A stretch of DNA of 64,000 nt from contig CM074516.1 in assembly GCA_037379345.1 (NCBI GenBank), positions 44,615,626 through 44,679,625 of the forward strand, read 5' to 3'. This DNA is from Perna viridis (Eukaryota). Shown here one piece after another: positions 27,401 through 42,400 of the stretch. Each line of letters opens with the position of its first letter. Positions within the stretch are counted from its first letter, which is position 1. The translations under genes and the position numbers were made by a program. Under the pieces are notes generated by a model. That model was not told where the DNA came from and ran no database searches. It worked only from the letters and a program-made list of their open reading frames with translations.

Positions 27401-30400
27401 GAGGTACTGGCGAGAACTTGGCAACTCCGTTTATTTTGACATGAATCAAATAAAACCTGAAAAATATATAAAACAATAAATAAAGCGCTGTCAAAATTTT
27501 AAAGTTAAATCAACATCATAAACTTCCCACAAGATAATAGAGTAGCAGCCTCATCTTGACTTATATAAATCCTGTGGATTAATCTTTTGATTGACTTTAA
27601 TCCTACTGGAACTGAAGAAACAGATTTTATGTGGTAAATTGTGATATATTATCAAATTCCATGTGGCACCATGAAGTAAATTCAATTTTCTCTAAACAGT
27701 TCTTGAATATAAATTGGAAGCCTTATAATACATCATAGAAACCATCTATTCAATATTTTGATCTTAACTTATCAAAGCACTTAAGTATACTTGTAGCCCA
27801 AAGGCATAAAGCTGGTAAGTTAGAACCAGCTTACATTCTTTGAACAACATCTGAGACAATTATAGTAAAGACTTGGACTAAGATCATAATGCTCAAAATT
27901 CTGTGACAAAATGTAGCTTTGTCAGGCACCTGCTAAATCTCCAGAACAAACTAAGGTTTAGGTTAAGATAATGATGTCTAAATCTCTTGTATCTTGCTAT
28001 AAAACCTAGGAAACAATTCAAGACGTAGGAAATATCATAGAAATATAGTACAGACATATAGTACCGCACACAAACACACATCAATGTCTGAAGACACAAC
28101 ATACGTAGATGAAAATATTTATACAACTTGACAAAAGAGATTTGTCAGATCTGCCTTAATTGAAACAATAAAGTAAACAATATCACCTGGAGAAATACCT
28201 GGAATTATTGAGATCAAAAGGGTGACACGAATGTGTGATCAAACAGTGGTTATATGGTGTCCACTGTAGGGTACAAGTGTCGAGGAAACACATTGTTTAT
28301 ATCGAATTCAGTGGAATGCATGCATAGAAGGTATTCAATTATGTATTGTATTGTGGTGTACCAACTATGTTTTTAAGCAAGGAATTATAATTGACAAAAC
28401 CAAATCAAACAATCAAAAATGAAACTATAATCTTCATTTTACAAATGGACCACCAAAATTTAACTTTATGTAGCAATGTGATACATTGGTATGCATTAAA
28501 GAAAATATAGTAAAGTCGGCAAAACTCATTTCTGATAAGAAAAATTGATGCATAAATCCTCAGGGATATATTATAGAGCTTTATCTGATATCAAATTATC
28601 ATATCTGTTGAAATTGTGCATGCTTAAGTGGTTAAAAACATCATAACTTGACACAAGTCAAATCATTTAGGTAAATCTCCAGTCTAGAGATAGAAATCTC
28701 AGCATTCCTCCCAGATGTATAAAGTAGAAATTGCAAAATATAAATCTAGTTAATGTATCTTAGTGCAAAAAAATATATACCCAAGTATCAAAACTAAGGG
28801 TCAGCCTTGAAATTCAAGTTTGTTCTGTGGGAGCTCTCCCACACCCAGGAGAAAAATGTGTCAACTCTGTAAACATATATAATAAACATCACATAAAAGG
28901 CCAAATTAAGTCCTTTTCATTAAAACTTGATGAATAAGATTTAAAGATAACAGTAAAAACCTCAGCTACCATATACCACTGTAAACCTAAGGTATGTATT
29001 ACTACAAAACAGGTGCAGATAGCTGCAAATTAAAGGTAACACTACTTAGAGAAAATATATAATATGGCTAAATTAGTTAAATTAAGTGTGAACATATTGA
29101 ATATTATTCATTAGAAAAGAATTCCTACACAAATACAAAGTCATTTCACATAAGGTGCAGTTAAGTTTTATGCTTGTTTATAAGAAGTATTGATTTGGTA
29201 TGACTTTAAGCTCTTTTACAGGATCAAGAAAATAATTCTTGCAGATTTGTGTTCACTCTACTGAAGTAAAGGGCATATCTTATATACAGTGGGAGCACAA
29301 GAGTATGTTTTAAATTTAAACTCTGTGGTATAGATTATTCCATGGTACAGTGGTTGTTTTCTATTTATATAAATGTAACATTTCTGTAGTCAGGAACTGC
29401 TTATAGCTTTAGGTTTATAATTCTTAATTGAAGAAAAACAGCCATGATCATTTTACATGAAACTTTAAATCTTCAGGGAATTTAAAATTTTGACTCACAC
29501 TAACTATGAATTATGCTTCTAAATGATGCAGACTTTTTCCTGTTGTGATACCAGCGGGTATAATGTCAAAAAAAAAGAGAGAAAACTTTTAAAAATGCAC
29601 ATAAATAATGTGAAAATCTGGCAATATAAATGGATCATGTCAAAAAGAATTGAAAAATATCAAGTTAAAAAACTCAATGCTTGTAAAGAGTATGTGCAAG
29701 GACACAAGCACCTGTTGCTAATGCCCCCTCTTTCCCCTACCTATTTGGCTTGAACTAAGTGGAACATGAATATAGAATTTACCCCTAGTAAAATCAAAAC
29801 AAACACATGACCAGAACTTTACTATTACGAAATAAATACACAAGAAATATATGCACAAATACCTTAACCTGAAAGTCTGTATCAAGAAGGAAATATCTCA
29901 GAATGATATACAACAAAAAATTTCCTTTAGTGAGTATGTATGAAACTATAACCAGCAACACCAATGGTGAAAGCAAGTCTAGGAGTGGTTCTTCACTCTG
30001 TTCTTCCATCAGTCCATCTGTCATATAATATATACATTGTTGTGTATATATGTCTTTTTAACTATGTAATATGTAGTATATGAGAATAAAGTTCATCATC
30101 ATCGTCAGCCTGTATGTCCTTCAAGCTTGGGGGTACTTGCTTTGTCTAATTTATAACTAAAAAAAGTACTGATTATACAAGCTTTGCAGAGTGACTATAT
30201 ATGCTTTACAGATGCTATTATGGAGAAATCTGGCAAATTTATTTCAACACAATCGCATGATGAACTTAACCATACATATTGAAGATGTGTACCTCTTATT
30301 ATGGAAAATTTGATCAATATTTAATACAATTCATTTATCTTTTGAACCTGGCCATTTTTTTCAGCAGTATATGCTATTTTAAGCACATGCACATACAAGT

Positions 30401-33400
30401 ACTTAAGATAATTTGTTGCATCTACTAAAATTATTCTACTCGGTTAGTGTCTATGCATTTATGAAAGATATTTATGCACAGAAATATATAGGATGATCAT
30501 GCAGGTCCAGTTATGTTATAGGTGGTGTTTTACTATACTTCCATGAGTTTCAATTCCTACTGGGTTTACTCTAAAGTTTGTGTACATACTAGGAATTATG
30601 AAAACAATTTTGAAAATTTGATCTGAATCTTGTGGAACCATTTCCAGACTGAAGTTATCTGAGAGGAACATTAAATACAAATTAAATAAAACACTTAGCA
30701 AAGTACTGAAGCTTCAAATAAAACTTTCTGGATGAATTTCAGCCCAAATTTTATTAACAATTTGCAAACATTCCGAAGAAGATTGTTGGTGATTTTTTTT
30801 TTTCAGTAGGTAGATGTGCTATATTCCCTTTTGTTACATACTAAGAATCTCAAATCATTTTAAAGGGTTGCTGAACAATCAGAAAGTTCAAGGTTAAGAC
30901 AGACCATACTCTCTTTGTTATGCTCATCTAATTTCACCAATTAGCATAAAGCATATCATTTTGACACTATAATAGACAGAATGGTCATTCCCCTGCCAGA
31001 AACATTTAATCCTGAAACTGAATGGTGACTCTAACATGAAGGTAACTACCATCTGGAAAGAGACACTGACAAGAGGTTATCTGATAGACTGACCAGGCAA
31101 GTTTATTTATTGTCTGGCAGGAATGTTAATTCACTAGGATAGAGGGCCACAAGTGCATAAATATGTACAGTAATTATAAATATTCTACTTTAATCAGTTA
31201 AATATCATTTGCTAAATGAATGCACTCTTTCTAATGATAAATATTCATTATCCATTTTTCATATAAAGCAAAAGGTAAAATGATAAGACAGTTGATAACT
31301 TTTCATGCTACATGTACTCCATCTCCCAGTCAGTGTTGCAATTTAAAAGTAAAATAAGTCAGAACTTCTAAGAACAACCTTTTATCATAATTAGCTTCCA
31401 CAGTATAGGGTGGTATTTAACCCTATTTGAACCCAGTATTTACAATGTCCTACAGAGTGCTTTATACAATTTTCAAATAAACTTAAAGAAAGTGAAGAAT
31501 TTTAAAGACTAATACAAACACAGAGAACTGTACATACCTGTACGATTAAGGTAAACACAAGCCATTTGACGACATAATCCCAGATTTTATCAACCATCCT
31601 TCTTAAAAAACCACTTATCTCTAAACTGTCATTGATTAAAGAATATTCATTTTACATGCTGTTGAAAATTCACCTTCTAATTATAGTAACATTCTATTAA
31701 AAGAATCAGAACTCCTTCAAAAACATCATGCTGGATTGGCTACATTGTAACCCTTGCAATAATACCAATGATTAGAAGATAATCCTTGTTTATAATCTTG
31801 CACAACTTGAAGTCATCATAGACAGACAAACCAAATCAGTGTTCTATAAACATGCCGTTTTCTTGAATTGTTTACATGGCCATTAGGTACTCAGCAAAGC
31901 TTTTTCTGATCTGTTAAGTTTCCTTTGTGTTGAAATCAATCATTTATGCAGACACTTAGTAGTTTTTAAATCGGAACAGAATTTTAATATTATGTCCAAT
32001 GTCAATGTCACCAGTTATTATGGGTGATCAAATCAATTAATGAATGACTTTAGTAACCAAGGTAACCAAAGGTAAAAATATTTTTCAAGATCATAAAACC
32101 TGGACCATCTGCATTGAAAAATCTATAATTAAAGTCAGGAGAAAACTGTATCATTAACAATTCATGTATAAAAATTAGAGAGCCACAAATAGATGGTTAA
32201 TCCATATTCAAAATCCTCACATTTTTCTTCAATTTAAAATCTGTCCTCTGTTTTTTTAAAAAAAGGTTGCAAATAATTTCAGCAGCTTTAAAAAGTACCT
32301 GCATGCTCACATTAACCGTTCAACTTAACTCAATATTATAACTGTATCGGAGAATCACAATCCTCTGCCACAGCCAGTACTGACAGACAACACTATTAGC
32401 TCTGGAATGATATCTCTCATGTCAAATGCTAATATTATGGAATTTCAATACAGAATCTGACTCACAAAATTGTCACTTTCTCAAGCTCCTTTGAACACAC
32501 ATTAATCTTTTCCAGCAAAAAAAATTCTGCTATTGATTCCTCAGTAATGCACGTCAGAATGTGTAACAGGATTGCATGATCTATATATTTTTCATGTCCA
32601 TTACATGAAAGCAGGCATATCTATTCAATGAAACAATTCATTCAACAAAGAAAAAATGGTTGAAATTAGATCATAGAAATGTACTTTAAATATCAGTTAA
32701 AGTAATACTGTTGTCTGAATGTGTCATTAAATTACAAGAATCTTGATAATTAATCTCCTCTAGTCTAAGATAAGGTATAAATCACCTTCACAATTAATTG
32801 TCCATTTACTTTACAATTAATTGCCTTTGAGTTAATTACAGTGGTAATGTAATAGTTCAAACCAATGCATTACTATTCAATAATCCCTCCTCAAGTAAAA
32901 ACTCTGGCACAACATATCTGTGTCCTGAAGTTATAACTGATTATGACTGTATTTAGCACGCATAGGACATCTCCTGGAGTTTGTATGGCTGCTTATGACA
33001 AGTGATGAATGTCATACATGTAATACATGTATTACTCACTGCATCTAACATAAAATCATCTGTTGGGAAACAAAACCATGTACAGCACTCTGATCCATCC
33101 AGAGTCAGATGACCTTTCATTTAACCTGTGATCCTCTGTGTCCTGAAAGATGATCCAAAGAACATAGCAGAAGGTGTTAATTCCCTTGTCATGCCCAAGA
33201 TAATTACACACCTCTGACCATCCTTCACCTTGATTCACACCCTCGCCAGATTAATTATAACCAGACCCAGTGGAATGTCCTGGGATAAATGACTTCCTGT
33301 CCATGTATCAAAAGTCCATTCATAAAAACTCACACAGATTTAAATGTCCTTTTTTGTGTAGTAAGTGATAAAACTATGTAGAATGGGAAACCCATATAAG

Positions 33401-36400
33401 ACCAGTTCTTAATGTAGATGTGATCCAAACACTACTCAAGGTCTTATATGTTCTGATAAGAATTTAATAAAATCACTCAAAAAAACACAGTCAAATAGTA
33501 TTTTATTTTTTATACATAGTGGAGCCATGTTAATTCTCTTGTCTCCTTTAAGTGAAAACATTCAACTTGTGGTCAGTTTAAGTGACAATGGCACCCAAGG
33601 CAAGAATAGTAATGTAAAATCCTTAACGGAAGATAACAAAATGTAATTTAAAACATTTGCTTATCAAGTCAATCCTATTATAGAAAACAATTACTTCACA
33701 ACAGGAATAGTTCACCAAGTTTTGTAAACCATTTTTTTATTCCTCTCCTATTATAATTGACAGAAGGTATGAATAAAAAATGTCACATTTCATTTTATCT
33801 GTATTTTTTGTTTTATAATCAATAACCTCAAATCACCCTTAAGCTCTTTAATATTATCTAGATCATTAGATTATCTTTGTCAGGTGTTTGATAAATTTAG
33901 GAAAAAATACTAGAAAGTGGACAAAATTACTCTGAAGGATCATAAATGCCACTTTGTTATGAAACCATATTTTTCTGCTGAAAAAAAAAATCAAAATTTT
34001 AAAGGAAATGAAGCATAAAACCTTGTGATTTTCAGTAGATTCATTTAATAAGCAATTAGTTAGGCTATGAAATGATACACTTGTTTACAAAGTGAGTCAA
34101 TAATAATATTGTTGATACCTATTGATATGACCCTGTACCTGCTACCCTGACATTGTAGTAGTGTGGGTGTTTACTCACATAATTATAAACACTAACTGTA
34201 CTTAGCAGAATTTTCTGATCAGATTTATTTACATTTTTTTGCAACTATGTTTTTTTGTATTTCATAAAAAAAGATCACATGATTATAGACTATGCAAAAC
34301 ATTGAACAGAAAGATTTGGTTTGGTTTATGTAACTTTATTTTTTTTCACAGCTCCATGTACATACTATAGAAAATCTATAATTACTGACTCGATTACTGA
34401 AATACAAATCTACTATGCCATTTTCAAACTGTCTGTTTTTAAGCACTCATTTTTTTCCTTCAGGAGAATAATATATCTGGAATTCCCAAGCTAAGGATTT
34501 TTCAGCCCTAATGATTCTTCTGTAATCAGAGGTTGTCTATTTCAATTTCCTTTCCACCAAAGCATGTGATATTAAGATGCTGGTCAGAATATTAATATTG
34601 GAATACTTTCCTTAATTACTTTCTTTGACTGGTGTTAATTAGCTTGGAATTATATTATATAATTATTAAAGTATGATGTGCATTTTTAGTAAAAAAAGCT
34701 AAATGAAGAAAAACAAACAATAAAACTAGGGTAAAAAATGTAAAATATTGTTAGTTTCCCTTCTTGTACTTACCCAAGTACTAAAGAAAACAATTATTAC
34801 AATTTCTTCTGTAAATATTTGTTTATTGCTATCAATTTCTGTGAAATAAATGCTGATTCTTTTTAAAATTATCAACACTAGAAACAAGAAAGTCCCCTCA
34901 AACATCTTTCAAAACCATATAGGATAAGTCAAGGACAGAAAACAGATAATTTATCATATTTGCCTAGAAAATTGATATGCCTAGGCCAACTTGAAAAATA
35001 AATCATGTAAGCATATCCAATTAACTACTCATGCAAATATTCAACCACATTATTTTTATTTATCCACACAATCCCATTTTTTTTATAAATGGGTGAAAAG
35101 AATCATCAAAACATCAACATATAATACTTTATTTTTGTGGCATAAAGTTTCATAAAAATCTATCAAAAGTTTCATCAAAATCTATCAAAAGTTTCATCAA
35201 AATCTATTGAATGAATTTTGAAATGCAATCCAATTTCTCAACATGTAAATCCCCTATATCAAGCACTGGAAATAGTTATCCTGTATTATGCACAACTAAA
35301 TGGAATGCTAAATTTCATTTTAATGAAGTAAATAATTAAAAAAAAATACAACTAGACTAAAATGTAAAGAAATTATCAGACAGACAGACACAAAGAGCTA
35401 TTCCTATACCCAAACATGTTTATAACCAGATTATAGCTCACAACTTGAGGAGATTTATTCAATGCTTGTAAATACTGTTTTTATTTTACAATAAAACTAA
35501 AACTATCCATCTAAAACTGATAGTACAGTGAGACATTTCTCAACCAAACCTTGACTAATCTGAAAACCTGTATAAACCAGATACTTTTCAAAGTTCCTTA
35601 GTAAACCAAACAACTGTCTAAATGGATCCAAAAGTTCTGATAGATTTCACTGTATAAGAAAAAAAATCATTAAAATACCTTATGCATGTGGCAAAACAAC
35701 AGACAACTCCAATTTTTTACAACACTAATAGTTAACAAAGGTCGCTGAGTTCATGGTAACACCCTCAATAAACCTTGTGCATAAATACTGTACTAAAACA
35801 AATGGTATTAAGATCACATGACCTCAGGATCAAGGTGTACCCCAAGTTTGACCTCATTGACCTAAACATGACTTAAAACATAGAGGAAATTAATAGATTG
35901 TACAGAATAGGATGATTTAATTTGACAGCCAGAGATATGTATTGCACTTTTATCAAAAGTATGTCTAACATCCAACATAAAAAAATTCTTCTATGTAAAG
36001 GTAACAGGTGCAGTAATTCGTAAACAACCAGATTGCAAAATTTAATATCAAATGCAAGAGAGGACAGAAACAGTACATAGGAAAACAGGATTGCTAATAC
36101 ACCTACTGCTTTTTGTTTTGATACCAATAGTTTGTTTTCAGATTTGCCTTAACAGACTCTTCTCATACCCTCTCATATTTGTACTCTATTCTCCCTCCAT
36201 CACCATCACACCTAGGACACTTTCCCTTCATTGCTTTCTTGTCACTCCATCTCCTCCCCACCACACACACACCTAGGATACTTCTCCTTTCATTACTCTC
36301 TTGTCCCTCAACCACCATCTTACCTGAATACTTCCCTTTCATTGCTTTCTTATCCTCCACCCCTCACACCTAGGATACTTCTTTCATGACTCTTTTGTCC

Positions 36401-39400
36401 CTCCACCACCCTCACACCTAAGATACTTCTCAATTCATTACTCTTTTGTCCTTCCACCACCCTCACATTTAAAATATTTCTCTTTTCTTCAATTATTTGT
36501 CCTTCAACCATCCTCACACCTAGGATTCTTCTCCTTTCATTACTCTTATATCCTTTCACAATCCTCACACTTAGGATACTTCTCCTTTCATTACCCTTAT
36601 ATCCTTTCACCATCCTCACACCTAGGATCCTTCTCCTATCATTACTCTTTTGTCCTTTCACCATCCTCACACCTAGGATACTTCTCCTTCCTTCATGTAT
36701 TGGTCCTTCCACCACCCTCACTTCTACAATACTTCTCCCTTCTTGTTTCACTTATACTTTAATCTCCCATACATATAAAATACTTCTCATCTTCATTCAA
36801 TTGTCCTTCCACCACCCTACCACCTACAACACTTCTTCTTCCTTTATTCACTTGTCATTCCACTAGCCTCACACATACAATACTTCTCCTTTCCTTATTG
36901 ACTGGTCCTTCCACCACCCTCACACCTATGATACTTCTCCTTTCTTTATTCACTTATACTTCAATCTCCCCAACACATAGAATACTTCTCTTTTTTCTTC
37001 ATTTGTCCTCCCAACACCCTCACACACACTTCATTCACTTGTCCTTCCACTACCTTCACACCTACAATACTTCTCCTTTCTTTATTCACTTATCCTTCCA
37101 CTACCCTTACAACTTTACCTAATTGGGGAAGGCCATTTGATTCTAATGGGTGCCTAGCAGCTTTGGTTGTAGAAGAATATCTATTTTCAAAAAATTGTGA
37201 ATCAGTAAATTTATTTTCAAATGCTATATGGCTAGATAGTCCATTTTAGATATTTTTATTATGTTTTAGTTAGTGGAGACCAGAACAATAATTGACAATC
37301 CTTTTCAAGCCAAAATATTTATTCAGAAAAACTGCCAACCTAACCCTTCCTCAAAATCAATTGATAGTCTCCATAAACCAAACATTATAGTCCATTGTTT
37401 GTCATTGTTTTTTTTAAAGTTCATTGTTATTCATTTTACGTTTTTTTTTCTATGGATTAAGTCAATATTTTGTCTTTAATGAATAGTTTCACATTCATTG
37501 AGGCCTTTTACAGCTTGCTTTCTTGTATGGGTATTGCCCATCATTGAAGACCGTGTGGTGACCTGTAGAAGTTTTATGGTATGGGTATTGCCTATCATTG
37601 AAGACCGTGTGGTGAGCTGTAGAAGTAATTGTTCGTTGCTTGGCTTTTGGTGGATGATTGTCCCATTGGCAATCATACCACATCTCCTATCTTTATATCA
37701 TATACACAAAATTCTCTTTTCATCAGCAGGAACTTACAGCTATTAAGTGATTTACAACAATTTAATTCAATACAGCAGATTATAATGACAAATACATCAA
37801 TCATCAAATACAACAATAATATATGTCAAACTATTTCTTCCAGGTGTGGGAAAATACTTCCATGACTTTCTTAATATTTGCAATGAAAAAAAAAAACACC
37901 AATATTTCAAATTGACTATTTGAACATGAAATATATTACCTAACATGAAAGTAACTTCACAGTGTTGGGACTACAAATAAATAACTTCATTATAAAATTT
38001 TTAATGGCATACTTGTTTCAAAAAGCTCTCTCTTTTTTATCTGTCAATGAATTGTTTGGACATAGTAGAAATACTTTAAGAGGCTCACACCATATTACAT
38101 CCATTCATTGTCATTAGACAATATTAAATACAACACAACTACAGTAGTAATACCAAACATGTAACCTTCAACTAAGTTCCTTTTAGAATCTTTACTCTAG
38201 ATCTGTTTTTTTTTAAATCAATATAAAAATAAATTGTGTCTTTTTAAAAGTGAAGTATCATTTATCAGCCAGAGTGAGAAAACCAAGTTTGAAGTGAGGC
38301 AATTTATTTACAACAGGACTACATACCAGTTTTAGAACTGTTAAGAGCCAGAGTGAGAAAACCAAGTTTGAAGTGAGGCAATTTATTTACACCAGGGCTA
38401 CACAGCAGTTATAGACCTATTAAAAGATCAGTTTGGAGTGCTTGGGAGAAATCTTTATAGAGTTTTATTATGTTTATTCAAGGTAATAAAAATTTCCATT
38501 TGAACATTCCTCAGATATAACATTGAAAGCATCCTTGGTTTTTTCTCTGATGTGGAAACTTCCCAGTTACAATCCATATGAGGCATAGGGCCCAGACTTT
38601 CACCTTTGTCTAATTAACATCCTAGAAAAACTTAAAACCATCCTTTTAATCAGTAATTTTACATTTTCATAACATTTTATCTCCTCACTTGTGACAATAT
38701 AACCTTTCACACAAGAGCACAAAGGAGTGATATCTTTTCCCACTTAATGACAACCCAATCTCATGTTTCATACCAAACACTTAATGACAACCCAATCTCA
38801 TGTTTCAATGGGTCATTCTTAAATGAGCCATGACCCTGGAAAACTGGGTATTACAACAAATATGACAGAGAACCAACTCCACGAGCCCAGTACCATCCTA
38901 ATTCCATTTAATAACACTGATCTTTTGATCTAATCTAACTTCATAAATTATTTCATATGAAAATTGTAATAATTCTGTGTCATAATAATACCACCCTTCA
39001 TCATCTGTCAAGGCTGTACTAAGGTCTGCTAAAAACTTCTACAGAATAGGAATAACGATCATCTAATACAAACAACTTCAAGTATTTTTGTTGACAAAAA
39101 TTTCAAACGGATGATAAATTCCTTTTTGCAGTTCAGGAATTCATGTTGACAAAATATCAAAATAGTATTATATCAATTTACATATAAAATTGTTATGTAA
39201 TGGTAGAAATTTCAATTAAATTTCTCAAAATTTTAATGAAGTAATTTGAACTGAAATATCCTATATCATACATCATTCTTGAAACATACAAGACAACATT
39301 CAGTATGCTGAGTAGATAGATAAAATAGACAACTAAGGTCTCAAAGAACTCTTCAAATTTTCTGCATTTTTTATTTCACCAATATTGAAGTTAATCAAGT

Positions 39401-42400
39401 GCATAACTTGCATTGATTGAAATAACATCCCAACCTGACAGACTAAAGTAATCATGTAAAGAATAATTCAAATACATAGAGCCAAGATTGAACATCAGCT
39501 GGACATGTAACACAATGTAATAGGATATAAGAAAAGTCATTAAACAGGAAGTTGATGTTGCCCAGGTCTGACATTGTATTCTAGGATATATTTGTTTTCC
39601 AAAAAAGCTTTGCCCAGGTCTGAAATTGTATGCTATGATATTTTTTTCCAAAAAAGCTTTGCGCAGGTCTGAAATTGTATGCTATGATATTTTTTTCCCA
39701 AAAAAGCTTTGCCCAGGTTTGAAATTGTATGCTATAATATTTTTTTTCCAAAGAGAGCTTTGTGGAAGCATCAAGTGGATGTGATGAGTAGCTGCAGAGA
39801 GAGGAAACCTCAGATAACAAGATAATTTTCTTCAAAGCCTACAGTGTTGACGACAATGTTGAAAGTGAACATTACAAGAATAAATACCATGAATACATCA
39901 AAGAGACAAACAACCTCAACAGGATGTCAACTCAAGGACACCCATGGGTCTCCAATGAATGATGATGAAACCCTCACACCACAGGGCAGCCTGCAGCTGA
40001 CAAGAGATAGAAGATAAGTTTGTATTATATACCTTGAGTGAAATAAGGTAGAAGATAAGTTTGTATACCTACCCTAAATGAGGTAGAAGACAAGTTTGTA
40101 TACCTACCCTGAGTGAGGTAGAGGCCAGACAGTTTGTATCTTCCTGTATCCAAAGATTATTGTCTGTCCTCTCTACTGGGCACTGCTGGTGACTGGGTAC
40201 TTGTCTGCCATACTGAGAGAACTGGATACTTATCATGGTGTTGTGTGGACACTTGATTTTTAACATTTCCCCATCACAGGCATAAACTTCAAAATTATGT
40301 AAAGTACTAGTTAAAAGACCTGAAATAAAAAATATGAAACATCTAATGCATAGTTCAATGAGACTGGTATGACAGAAAGCTGGGTGCTATTTTTTAGTTT
40401 GTATATTGTTTTTTTTTTAATTGTCCAGGCTGAAGATAAATTTAAATTTGGGCCAAATCAGCCTTTTTTGTTATTTACTGACAAAATAAATATTAGAATG
40501 AAACAAGTAAAGTAATAAGATCTGATTGACGCCAGAGATGAAAACCGAGCATTGTTATTACAAACAAGTGTGAACCATCATTGCCATAAGGATAATTTCC
40601 CATCACGTAATACAACATAGAAAAATACATAAATCTATACTTCACTGGCTGTAATAAGAGAAAAAGTAGTGAAAACATTTCACCGTTAAGTAACTTAATC
40701 TATTGAAAATATTATTTGTAGGAGAACTTTCGTGAGCATGCTTGCATGACAGGAGAAACCAAGTATCAAAGGTCAGGAAAAAAAGTGTTATCTATTTATT
40801 GTTTTCTAACACTTGTCAGCAAAATATTAAATTTAATATGAAATATCAAATTAAATACAAAATAGTGAAGAATTAATATATCATAATATTTTTTTTCTAT
40901 CTTATCATCGCTTTGTCCTAAATTTCAAAAAAAAAAATATTTGTTCTTTTTTGTCGCCAAAATAATCAGAAGATCCATACAAATTCCTCTCTTGAACGAC
41001 TAATCTGTTTGGGCACACAACAGTAAATGGTTCAACTGTAACCAGAGCCTATCATTACCATACCATGTATCATCTTACTAGATGTAATCAGTTCTATGGG
41101 TTCAACAGTTGTCACAATGTTTTAAAGGTAAATTTACAATTACACTGGGGATTTTCATGAAGGGAAAATACAGTTACAATATACACTATGTAAATATGTA
41201 TAGTAGATTGAAGACTAAACTAGAAATTACTTATAACAAAAGTTTTCCAAATATGGATTTAAAAAAAAAAGAACAAGTACAAATATACATAATGTTTAAC
41301 TCTTTTGTTTTACTAATTATTTCATTTACAATTTCGAAAAAAATGAATGGATTTCTTCATTGAAATAAAGATTTCTGTAAGTTATATAAATATTTAACTG
41401 CTAAAATGGAATATAACACAATTCACAATGCACTGTATAATGATTCTCACAAAATATGAACAACACACTTTTCAAATTACTTCATTTGTTGGCCTAGCTG
41501 CTTAGACTCCTGCTTAAATATGCATCTGTTTTAATACAATTCTATAAAAAATCATTCAAGTCTCAAAAATGTTTAAACACCATAAAAAGTTCTATGGAGG
41601 CAGAGCTAAGTAATAAGGTAATTTTGAAAACAGGTCAGTTTAATATAATATATAATGTCCATGGCTCCATGCCATCAAAATCTCTTTAGAAGGGATACAC
41701 TTCCATTAGAAAGCAGGGTAGGAAACTCAATCAACTTCTAGCCAGTCCTGAATACAATTTTTCAATATATTTACTATATGGCTATATGCACTTTTGCTAA
41801 AATTAGCCAGCCCTGCCAAAAATATATCGTCGCGGGCTGGCAGGCAGGCTACTATTTCTAACTCTGTTAGAAAGAATTCAGACAGATCGAAATAAGCACA
41901 GTTTCTGGTGGTCAAGGGGCAGATAATTCAATTGATTCCAGATAATATTCTACAGTTTTGATTATATCACTCAGATTTTTGGATACATGAATATAATTTT
42001 CAGTATTAAAAAGTAAGGGCTGTAATGTGTTAAAAAATAGTTGAATGATATATGAACTTCTTTAAAAGTAGGGTGCAACTCAATTATAATAGCATGAAGG
42101 TTACAAAAATCCACATTATTACAAACAAATTAGTTGAGAAAAAAATTCATGTCAAAAAATAATAAATACAAACACAGAGCACTACAAATACAAGTATCTA
42201 TTTTTAACTATAAATCTGGGAGCCTCCCTTGCACTGAGCTAATAAATTCAACATTCATGTATGAACTGAACAAATCAAGTTAACATAGACTTAATTCTTA
42301 ATCAGGAAAAAAGAAATTCTGAAAAATAAAGTCAATTACCAAAATATCTGTGATCATATCATCAATATAATCATTACACTGATAGAAGGAATTTCAGCAA

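Noticed and set aside
36163-37122. Several overlapping repetitive ORFs
   Set aside because: Products of the 51-bp minisatellite; no splice or homology support.
39558-39762. Regularly spaced repeats resembling a CRISPR array (also 8723-8830)
   Set aside because: Head-to-tail repeats without unique spacers, eukaryotic context, no cas genes.
40493-40678. Hydrophobic ORF MFSLLFLLLQP... as an alternative signal-peptide exon
   Set aside because: The donors I found right after the hydrophobic stretch are phase 0 or 2, while exon 2 needs phase 1.
41805-41850. GC-rich stem gccagccc...gggctggc
   Set aside because: Short, and most simply explained as a MITE end fragment.
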